Assembly (NCBI GenBank): GCA_037131755.1
Contig: JBAXQJ010000005.1
Span: 1-49,736, forward strand
Length of the DNA: 49,736 bases
Direction of reading: 5' to 3'
From: a bacterium
GTDB lineage: Bacteria > Patescibacteriota > Minisyncoccia > Phycocordibacterales > GWA1-40-21
Position numbers and translations under genes: made by a program. Positions 6,805-14,118 of the stretch are shown here, piece after piece. Position 1 is the first letter of the stretch. Each line of letters opens with the position of its first letter. The notes below the pieces were generated by a model, which did no database searches, had not been told where the DNA came from, and saw only the letters and a list, made by a program, of their open reading frames with translations.

Positions 6805-7554
6805 ATGCAAAATAACCTAGAAAACATACTAAATAGGTACGGGTTGAATGACAAGGAAGCTAGAATCTATATGGCTTTATTAGCCCATAATGAACTTACT
6901 ATTCATAAATTAGCTGAAAAGACCGGTATAAACAGGACCACATTATACCCAATAACAGATGAATTAGTGAAGAAGGGCATAATTGGCGAATTTAAGGGAA
7001 AAACCGGGGCGCATTTTATTGCTTCTAACCCTGAATCTTTACTTAAAAGGCTGGACGCACTAAAAGAAGACTTTAAAACCGCTTTGCCAAAATTTCAAGA
7101 TATAGAAAAAAGATCAAAGTTTGCCCCGGATGTGTTTTATTATAAAGGCAAAGAAGGCTATCTCACAGTACTAGATGAAACCTTGGACAGTAAAGTGGGA
7201 GAGATACTTTATTTTGGTTCCGCCCAAGATTTAAATGACGTCATTACTCAAAAATACGCCGAGGAAGTTTATATACCAACTCGCATCAAGAAAAATATCT
7301 ATTTTCGACAAATAGTTATGCCAGATAATTTTTCCAAAAACTCATCGCTTTCCGATGCCAGAGAATTGCGAAAGACAAAATTTCTGCCGGCTGATTTCCA
7401 GTCAACAGCCAATATGGTTATCTACGGGAATAGGGTGGCCTACTTTTCGTCAATCAAGGAATTGATTTGCGTAGTGATTGAAAGCGAGGAAATTGCTGGA
7501 TTGGAAAAAGAAAAATTTGAAGTAATCTGGAAATCAATACAAGAAAATATTTGA
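6805..7554 (+). CDS. TrmB-family HTH transcriptional regulator
   Basis: The N-terminus has LNDKEARIYMALL..LTIHKLAEKTGINRTTLYPITDELVKKGII (TrmB-type wHTH). The track start at 6748 is a TTG lying within TTGACA, a likely -35 box, so the ATG at 6805 is preferred. Confidence 0.75.
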   Translation: MQNNLENILNRYGLNDKEARIYMALLAHNELTIHKLAEKTGINRTTLYPITDELVKKGIIGEFKGKTGAHFIASNPESLLKRLDALKEDFKTALPKFQDIEKRSKFAPDVFYYKGKEGYLTVLDETLDSKVGEILYFGSAQDLNDVITQKYAEEVYIPTRIKKNIYFRQIVMPDNFSKNSSLSDARELRKTKFLPADFQSTANMVIYGNRVAYFSSIKELICVVIESEEIAGLEKEKFEVIWKSIQENI

Positions 7555-7566
7555 ATGGATAAAACC

Positions 7567-7607
7567 CCAAGGCTAAACCTTTTTTGAGATTCAAGGTTTA
7601 GCCTTGG
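7567..7607. terminator. Bidirectional terminator between convergent genes
   Basis: 15-bp stem ccaaggctaaacctt-tttttgagattc-aaggtttagccttgg between the TrmB-like gene (+) and the DUF4870-like gene (-). Confidence 0.7.
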
Positions 7608-7618
7608 TAAATCTAACT

Positions 7619-7650
7619 GGATTGCCACGCTTCGCTCGCAATGACAAACA
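7619..7650 (+). repeat. REP-like element, family GGATTGC-N-GCAATGACAAA (partial copy)
   Basis: ggattgccacgcttcgctcgcaatgacaaac. It shares both ends with the copies at 30127-30183 and 37152-37228. Confidence 0.6.
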
Positions 7651-7655
7651 AGAGA

Positions 7656-7991
7656 TTATTTCAAAAAATTGAATAATTTACCGACAACCGGAAGTGGGAC
7701 AGTTTTTCGTTCCAAGACATTTTTAATGCCGATAACAAGCAGGGAAAGCATCGCAATATTCCACAAACCCTTAAACCAAGTAAGGATGGCGAGCCAAAAA
7801 GGCAGGAAACCGAGACCAAAATTTCCAACCACAGCCACAATAAACAAGATAATGCCTTGATTGATATGAAAATTCAGGAATGATGAGCGATTCTTGGTCG
7901 CCAAAAGAGGAATGAGGAATAAAATATAGGCAAGAATACCCCAAAGCTTGTCGTTGTCTATTTCGTGATTAATGTTTAGTTCGTTGTCCAT
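7656..7991 (-). CDS. Small membrane protein, DUF4870-like
   Basis: 111-aa ORF with the pattern LWGILAYILFLIPLL...HINQGIILFIV and 3 TM segments. Confidence 0.6.
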   Translation of the reverse strand: MDNELNINHEIDNDKLWGILAYILFLIPLLATKNRSSFLNFHINQGIILFIVAVVGNFGLGFLPFWLAILTWFKGLWNIAMLSLLVIGIKNVLERKTVPLPVVGKLFNFLK

Positions 7992-8012
7992 ATTTATTTT
8001 TTAATTACATTA

Positions 8013-9002
8013 TTAAGGTTTATTGTGGAATTTCTTATGAATATCCCGGAGATGTTTGTCGGTCACGTGGGTATAAATCTGGGTGGTTCCGATGTTGGCA
8101 TGACCAAGCATCGCCTGAACAGAACGGATATCGGCGCCGTTACTGAGTAAATCCGTAGCAAAACAGTGTCGCAGGGTGTGGGGCGTGACTTTATGGGTAA
8201 TGCCGGCAATGGTGGCATAGCGTTTTACAACCCTCGCTATCGTCCGCTTGTCCAGAAAGCCATGCGGATTGTCTTCCGTCTTTTTACTTTGAGAAGATTT
8301 TTGATCTGGATTTTTCGCTTTGAATGGATTGTCAAAAACTTGGGTAAAAAGGGCGTCAGACATATCTTTGCGCAGAGCCAGATATTCGCGGACTGCCGCT
8401 TTGGCTTCGTCGGAAAGAAAAACGACTCGTACTTTGCCACCTTTACCACGAATAGAAAACTCATCCATTTTCAAATCCAAATCATTAGTGAGGGAACAAA
8501 GTTCGGACACGCGCAGCCCGGTCGAAAACAATAATTCCAAAATCGACTTATCACGAGCGCGACGTTCTGGATTTTGCTCTTGGTTTGGCGCATTTAATAG
8601 TCTTTTTAATTCATCAGGAGAAATGACATCGATGGAGCGTTCGCCGACTTTGGCTAGCTCGATATTGTCGGCCGGCAGGGAAGTGATCCCGCGGCGAGTT
8701 AAAAATTTCAAGAATACCCGAAGGGCAATCAGATAAAAATTTTGGGTCTTTCGGCTCATCGTCCCGCCAATCGCTGACTTTTCGCCCATTAGATGATAGA
8801 CGCGGGCGCCCGGACGGCGATTCAGCCAGATGCGAAATTCGCGGACTTTTTCATTGGTGATATCCTTCGGGTCGGTGATTTTGGTCTGGCCAAGGAAAAT
8901 CGACAGGTAACGGTCATAATTTTCAATGGTTTTGAGGGACCGCCCTTTTTCAATTTCAATATATTCCAGAAATTGCTGTTTGAGTTCATGGAGAGTCATC
9001 AA
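8013..9002 (-). CDS. Tyrosine recombinase, XerC/XerD family
   Basis: 329-aa ORF with an N-terminal SAM-like domain and a C-terminal catalytic region HTLRHCFATDLL...GHANIGTTQIYTHV. A lysine/serine-rich insertion lies before the catalytic core. Confidence 0.85.
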   Translation of the reverse strand: MMTLHELKQQFLEYIEIEKGRSLKTIENYDRYLSIFLGQTKITDPKDITNEKVREFRIWLNRRPGARVYHLMGEKSAIGGTMSRKTQNFYLIALRVFLKFLTRRGITSLPADNIELAKVGERSIDVISPDELKRLLNAPNQEQNPERRARDKSILELLFSTGLRVSELCSLTNDLDLKMDEFSIRGKGGKVRVVFLSDEAKAAVREYLALRKDMSDALFTQVFDNPFKAKNPDQKSSQSKKTEDNPHGFLDKRTIARVVKRYATIAGITHKVTPHTLRHCFATDLLSNGADIRSVQAMLGHANIGTTQIYTHVTDKHLRDIHKKFHNKP

Positions 9003-9174
9003 GCAATTATAGCAAAATCAAAAATATTGTGCGACATGAGACATTGCCATAAAATACCTAAATAAGGTAAAAGGTTTCGTTGCGTGGGAATCGGCTTTGG
9101 AGTATTATTAGCCTATTATATATTAATATTAATCATATAAGTTACCGGTTTTTGATCTTGTAACTCATAAAAAT

Positions 9175-11211
9175 ATGAAAAACTTTGAAAATCCAGGTCT
9201 AGCTAGGGAGGAAGAGGGTTTGAGCGACGAAGCTCTGCTTGGCGTGAAAAACGGAGGCAAGAAAAATCGCCGGATTTTTTCTCGGGAAGACGGCTTTGAT
9301 CCGGACGAAGATCCGTCTCGTTTTACAAGCAATAGCCTGGCCGATGCGCTTAATAAACTAAACATCCCAACTGAACCAACCCCGGAACTAGCGCCAGAAA
9401 AACCAAAGACAGTGCCGGCACCAGAAAAACCCAAACCAGCACCAGCCAAAAGACAAGAAAAACCGGCTGTCGAGACAAGAGAAAATCCAATAAAAATATT
9501 GGAGGGTATTAAGGACGTCGACACTGTCGCTAAAATCCTCAACCTCGTCAGGAAGGCTTTTGTCAATGAGACCACTGATGATGCAAAAAGTCGCTATACT
9601 TTAGTGCTCGATACGCTGGAAAAAATAGATAAAAAAATCAATAACGGCCAAGGAGCGGAAATTGATATCAAACTCGTCGAGCGCTTGCCTGAGATATACG
9701 ATTTGAAAAATACGGTTAAAAAAATCCTGGGTCTTGATAAAGAACCGGTTCACAACCAGACAGAAAAAGGGGGAGAGGACATAGCCACAGAAGAAAGACC
9801 AGAACAAACTACTGGCAAAGCAGAGAAAGCCGAAGACCCCAAAGAATTAAAGCCGGAAGAGGCAGGATACGAAGTGGGGGTGGTCGAGGAAGAAGCTGAG
9901 GAAAGGAAAGTTTTGGATGAAGACAAAATCATTGCCCTAAAGACGGCGTTCGAGACGTCAGGATTTTTGGAATTCCTCGCTCAAAATCCAAACGAGGCGA
10001 TGGATATTGAAAACCCAAATAATGCCGAAACGGTTCTCAAGATCCACGATGCCTATGTGATAAAAGGGGAGGTTTCCGCTGGATTAAAGTCAGTTGCCAC
10101 CGAGGTGTTGAGCGGAATGATCGGGGTTGACGATCCTGAAATGGTAGCGAGCCTGGACGTGTATCTAAATTCTCAGGCTTATGAAAATCCGGAAAAACTG
10201 GCTGATTATAAGAGTAAGCTGGATACCGCAAACACCCAGCAGGCGGAAATTGCCAGCCTAGAAAAACAACTAGCAGAAAGAACCGCCGAATTACCGCTAG
10301 AAAAAATCACAACCGCTGAGGAGGCTGATTTGGCGATAATCAATACGCCAATTGATGCTGGCTTTTTTGGACCGGCCGGAAGAAAAATATTGCATCAATT
10401 CGCTGAAACTGGAAAAATGTTAGAAGTGACCGGACCGGATTCGCAACAGAATACCGGATGGCAAAACCTTTACCGCGGAGTGACCATTGGCACGAAATTG
10501 TTTTTCGTCGATCTGCCTTATAGTCTCTACCAGCTGACACGGATCAACTCGGATGAAAACAACCAGCTGAGGGAAGAAGCGCGCCTGAAGATTGAAAAGA
10601 TTACAAACGAACGTTACAGCCGTAAAAGCGTCGGCAAATTCCTCGAGAAAATGGCCGAACAAAAGGAGAAGTCGGCAGAAATCACCAGACTAAACAAAGA
10701 GATAAACGGATCGACAGCCGCCTACGGAGTGTACAAAAGGGTAATCGGTTCAGAGTTGATCAGACAAGGTGACATCGCAAAAGACGCCGGCAGAAGGATA
10801 AAGGGAACCATTGGAAAAATATTGACTGAAAAGAATTTCGACTTTAGCAAGACGGAAAAAGCCCAAGATCTTCTCATGAAAGTCCAGGACGCTATGGACA
10901 ACAACGAAGACTTGGCCTTCTTGAGTCCGGAGGAGATCACGGAATTGCAAGAGGTGATTGATAAAAAAGCACAAGAGATTGTCTTAAGCCAAATTAAGAA
11001 GATTTTTGATGCAAACAAGAAAGCCAACAGCCCATTTTCCAAAATCGAGACGTCGCTTAAAGGGATACTTGACCGAAACAAAATCGGCTCTCAGGAGGGG
11101 GACAATATCCGGAAGATAATGAAGGAATCTTTAGTCAAAGTAGCGGAAAGTTACAAGGATCCAGTCGTGACTACCAAGATAAAAGCTTTCATTTTAGTAA
11201 ATAAATTATAA
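9175..11211 (+). CDS. Large acidic, helix-rich hypothetical protein
   Basis: 678-aa uninterrupted ORF with a PEKPK-repeat N-terminal region and no hydrophobic segments. No family recognised. Confidence 0.6.
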   Translation: MKNFENPGLAREEEGLSDEALLGVKNGGKKNRRIFSREDGFDPDEDPSRFTSNSLADALNKLNIPTEPTPELAPEKPKTVPAPEKPKPAPAKRQEKPAVETRENPIKILEGIKDVDTVAKILNLVRKAFVNETTDDAKSRYTLVLDTLEKIDKKINNGQGAEIDIKLVERLPEIYDLKNTVKKILGLDKEPVHNQTEKGGEDIATEERPEQTTGKAEKAEDPKELKPEEAGYEVGVVEEEAEERKVLDEDKIIALKTAFETSGFLEFLAQNPNEAMDIENPNNAETVLKIHDAYVIKGEVSAGLKSVATEVLSGMIGVDDPEMVASLDVYLNSQAYENPEKLADYKSKLDTANTQQAEIASLEKQLAERTAELPLEKITTAEEADLAIINTPIDAGFFGPAGRKILHQFAETGKMLEVTGPDSQQNTGWQNLYRGVTIGTKLFFVDLPYSLYQLTRINSDENNQLREEARLKIEKITNERYSRKSVGKFLEKMAEQKEKSAEITRLNKEINGSTAAYGVYKRVIGSELIRQGDIAKDAGRRIKGTIGKILTEKNFDFSKTEKAQDLLMKVQDAMDNNEDLAFLSPEEITELQEVIDKKAQEIVLSQIKKIFDANKKANSPFSKIETSLKGILDRNKIGSQEGDNIRKIMKESLVKVAESYKDPVVTTKIKAFILVNKL

Positions 11212-11215
11212 AATT

Positions 11216-11488
11216 ATGCCGAATAAAGCTATCAAACTGAATACCGACGACTCGACCACACTAGCAGATGATATTATAAAAAATATCGGTTTTATCTCAC
11301 AAAAAGACAAAGGGGAGACAACAGCTAATCTAGCCATCGCCTACATAGAAATGATAAATGAACTGAATGCCGAACGGATCGTAGTGCTCAAAAAAGGACT
11401 GGCAACACTTGATGAGCTGAATGCCGAGGAAAAAGGCCTTATTGACCAGGGAAAAGTAGCAAAGATCCGTCAGGAACTAAATATATGA
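11216..11488 (+). CDS. Hypothetical protein (90 aa)
   Basis: The ORF starts 5 nt after the stop of the 678-aa ORF. No family recognised. Confidence 0.45.
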   Translation: MPNKAIKLNTDDSTTLADDIIKNIGFISQKDKGETTANLAIAYIEMINELNAERIVVLKKGLATLDELNAEEKGLIDQGKVAKIRQELNI

Positions 11489-11548
11489 GATGAATGCAAG
11501 GTTTTTGGAAAGCCTTGCATTTTTCAATATTTATGCTACACTCCAGAC

Positions 11549-11809
11549 ATGTTAACAAAAACCAAGAAAACCAAATTAATCAAGGAAGTGGCCGTCCATG
11601 ATACCGATACTGGTTCACCAGAGGTACAAGTAGCCATCTTGACCAAGAGAATCGATGAATTGGCAGCGCATCTCAAGAAGAATGCCAAGGACAACCACTC
11701 CCGACGAGGACTCCTCGGAATGGTAGCGGATCGAAGAACCCATCTCAAATACCTGGAGAAGAAAAATCCAAAGCGATACGCCACCTTGGTCAAGAAATTA
11801 GGATTGTAA
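11549..11809 (+). CDS. rpsO: 30S ribosomal protein S15
   Basis: 86 aa with [37 protein letters not shown]. Confidence 0.95.
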   Translation: MLTKTKKTKLIKEVAVHDTDTGSPEVQVAILTKRIDELAAHLKKNAKDNHSRRGLLGMVADRRTHLKYLEKKNPKRYATLVKKLGL

Positions 11810-11815
11810 AATAAG

Positions 11816-11842
11816 AAATCAGTCCCTCTCGGACTGATTTTT
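11816..11842 (+). terminator. Intrinsic terminator of rpsO
   Basis: aaatcagtcc-ctctc-ggactgattt followed by tt. Confidence 0.75.
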
Positions 11843-12044
11843 GTTATACGAAGGGAAATAGAAGCAATAAGATAGTACTTATTCATGCCTTCAAAGAAAA
11901 AGGAATATCTTATTGCTTCTGTGTTACAATATACAGAAGGGTCGATCCGCCATTAAGAAATGGCGAGATAAAATTTTAATAAAAGTTAATTACCCTAGTA
12001 GTAAAGAAATATGAATTTCTTACTACGGGGCACGTATTTTTAAA

Positions 12045-12566
12045 ATGTTAATTAAACACAAAGATCAGCGCGTAGGAATTTTTATCGATACGCAAAATCT
12101 CTATCACTGCGCAAAAAATTTGTATAATGCCAAGGTCAATTTTGGTCAGGTAGTCAAAGACGCTTTGGCTGGACGTTCGCTCATCCGAGCGATTGCCTAT
12201 GTCATCACCACCGAAAGTGGCGATGAAAAGAGCTTTTTTGATGCCCTAACCAAGGCTGGGATAGAAACCAAAACCAAAGATTTGCAAATCTTTGCTGGCG
12301 GAGCCAAAAAAGCCGATTGGGATGTCGGCCTCGCCGTTGACGCCATCAAAATGGCGCCAAAACTTGATACCATTATTATTATCGCTGGTGACGGCGATTA
12401 CGTACCGCTTGTAGAGTACTTAAAGATGAACGAGGGGTGCCAGGTCGAAGCGATTTGCTTTGGCAAAAGTACCTCAGCCAAGTTGATTGCCTCGGTTGAC
12501 GGCTTCACAGACTTGGATGAAAATCCTCGCAAATACCTTCTCGGCCCGGTAGGAGGGAGGAGATAA
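12045..12566 (+). CDS. NYN-domain (LabA/DUF88-like) protein
   Basis: 173 aa with RVGIFIDTQNLYH... and IIIIAGDGDYVPLVEYLK, typical of NYN/LabA nuclease-like domains. Confidence 0.75.
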   Translation: MLIKHKDQRVGIFIDTQNLYHCAKNLYNAKVNFGQVVKDALAGRSLIRAIAYVITTESGDEKSFFDALTKAGIETKTKDLQIFAGGAKKADWDVGLAVDAIKMAPKLDTIIIIAGDGDYVPLVEYLKMNEGCQVEAICFGKSTSAKLIASVDGFTDLDENPRKYLLGPVGGRR

Positions 12567-12622
12567 AACTCAAGAAAAAAAACTTTCACCATAGTGAAAG
12601 TTTTTTCTTGCTTAATTATGTA

Positions 12623-12650
12623 TTGACAATGTAATTACATTGTATATACT
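12623..12650 (+). promoter_or_regulatory. Promoter with embedded 18-bp perfect palindrome (likely TA operator)
   Basis: TTGACA (12623-12628), 16-nt spacer, TATACT (12645-12650). The perfect palindrome ACAATGTAATTACATTGT (12626-12643) spans the -35 element and spacer. Confidence 0.55.
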
Positions 12651-12680
12651 AATTATATAAGAGCTTAATTAATAAATAAC

Positions 12681-12947
12681 ATGACCACACTTAGCATTAG
12701 AATAGACGATAAGATAAAAAGAGACGTTCAAAAGCTGTATAAAAGCCTCGGTTTAGATATGTCTTCTGCTACCAAAATGTTTTACAGTCAATCTTTAATT
12801 TGTAAAGGCATACCTTTTCAACCACTAACTTCAAACGGTTATACTGTAGAAGCCGAGAAAAGAATTCTTAAACAATCTATAGATATAAAGAAAAAAGGCA
12901 AGACTTTCAATAATGTTGAAGATCTTTTTAAGTATCTAAACAAATAA
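12681..12947 (+). CDS. dinJ: RelB/DinJ-family antitoxin
   Basis: 88 aa. The N-terminus LSIRIDDKIKRDVQKLYKSLGLDMSSATKMF fits the DinJ/RelB RHH pattern. A YafQ-like gene follows directly. Confidence 0.8.
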   Translation: MTTLSIRIDDKIKRDVQKLYKSLGLDMSSATKMFYSQSLICKGIPFQPLTSNGYTVEAEKRILKQSIDIKKKGKTFNNVEDLFKYLNK

Positions 12948-12951
12948 GGAC

Positions 12952-13230
12952 ATGCTTAAACCAAATATCCTCAAGTCTTACAAGAAGGATTTTAAGCGCT
13001 TAAAAAATTCAGGGAAATTCAAGGAGGAAAAACTGATAGGAGTCATCACCGTCCTCCTAAAACAAGAGAAATTAGCTGAAAAACACAAGGATCACCAATT
13101 AAATGGCGTGCTTTCACATTTACGTGAATGTCACATAGAAAGTGACTTGTTATTAATCTATCAAACAGATGAAGAGAACGGTAAATTACATCTAGTAAAT
13201 ATCGGTAGTCATTCTGATTTGTTTGAGTAA
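12952..13230 (+). CDS. yafQ: YafQ-family mRNA interferase toxin
   Basis: 92 aa with KDHQLNG....LRECHIESDLLLIY......L.LVNIGSHSDLF, which matches the YafQ signature. Confidence 0.8.
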   Translation: MLKPNILKSYKKDFKRLKNSGKFKEEKLIGVITVLLKQEKLAEKHKDHQLNGVLSHLRECHIESDLLLIYQTDEENGKLHLVNIGSHSDLFE

Positions 13231-13234
13231 AAGA

Positions 13235-13268
13235 AAAACCCTCGAACCAATTACAGTTCGAGGGTTTT
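13235..13268. terminator. Bidirectional terminator
   Basis: aaaaccctcgaac-caattaca-gttcgagggtttt between the convergent yafQ and RHH genes. Confidence 0.7.
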
Positions 13269-13282
13269 GAGGGTGTGAGTGA

Positions 13283-13492
13283 CTAAACCCATTTGATTTT
13301 TTTCAGGATTTTGTCATCAGCATCAACGATAGCAACAAACCTGCCGAATCGTCTTGTCTCAGTTTTCTCAAAATATGAGTAAAGTCCCAAAGCACGACGA
13401 AGAATCTCCGTCTTTGACTTACCCTCAGCTTGAGACAACTTTGTCAAAATTTTATCAACTTGCGGGCTAAAATCAACCGTCATACTAGGCAT
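13283..13492 (-). CDS. Ribbon-helix-helix (CopG-like) small protein
   Basis: 69 aa. SKTEILRRALGLY fits an RHH helix pattern. No cognate toxin ORF is adjacent. Confidence 0.5.
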   Translation of the reverse strand: MPSMTVDFSPQVDKILTKLSQAEGKSKTEILRRALGLYSYFEKTETRRFGRFVAIVDADDKILKKIKWV

Positions 13493-13606
13493 TTAAGCCT
13501 CCTTTCTTTTCCCTCCACTTTAAGAAAAAACCTATTTAAGATGTTAGCAAATTATTTTCATTTATGCTACCGTTAAACAGGAAAAGAACAAAAAAGGAGG
13601 TGGAAG

Positions 13607-13864
13607 GTGAGTTTCTTTGGCAGAGTAAAACTTTGTAAACATCGCAGTCCAATGCGAAATTGTATGTACTGTCGTGTCAAAACGAAGCCATTGAGTAAAG
13701 CGGTGATAGAGCAAGCACAGCAAATACTTACAGGCAGTCTTCAACCGATTGGTGGTGCAAGATGTTTGTGTCATCAAAAGGGACCGCCGATAACAAGAGA
13801 AATGGCGATGAAGAAACTCCGAAAGGATATAGCTAGGATGGGGAAAACAACAAAGACTGGGTAA
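13607..13864 (+). CDS. Small basic Cys/His-rich protein, unknown family
   Basis: 85-aa ORF with a GTG start, preceded by AAAGGAGGTGGAAG, the strongest SD in the window. Cysteines are arranged C-x-H, C-x2-C and C-x-C-H. Confidence 0.5.
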   Translation: MSFFGRVKLCKHRSPMRNCMYCRVKTKPLSKAVIEQAQQILTGSLQPIGGARCLCHQKGPPITREMAMKKLRKDIARMGKTTKTG

Positions 13865-14118
13865 AACCGAAAAAGTAAAAGCTGAACGTCAACAAACGCT
13901 CAGCCTATTTTTTTGATTATTAATATGATATTCTAAAGCCGTCCGAGGGTAGTCCCAAAGACGCCTTTAATAATAATGTTTGGTCTATGAATAAGCAGTT
14001 TAGAAAAGGCATTCGCCGTTTCTGACCTGAAATTCGTAGAGCAAACTTAATAGAATTTTTTGCCAAGGAACGACCTTTCTAAAGATTTAAGGTCGCACCT
14101 TTTCAAAAAACAAACAAT

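Noticed and set aside
8013-9174. The Xer-type recombinase as the integrase of a prophage or ICE, and the AT-rich palindromic tract at 9118-9140 as a dif site.
   Set aside because: There are no phage or conjugation-processing genes next to it and no flanking direct repeats. The AT tract lacks the conserved TTATG..AA XerD-arm pattern. A chromosomal XerC/D-like role is the simplest reading.
9165-9575. 136-aa minus-strand low-complexity ORF, and the many other antisense or alternative-frame ORFs nested in long genes (for example 8166-8736, 15715-16293, 33258-34073, 35489-35962, 44617-45299).
   Set aside because: Each lies entirely within a longer ORF that has recognisable family motifs or better context. 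The translations are low-complexity or carry no motif.
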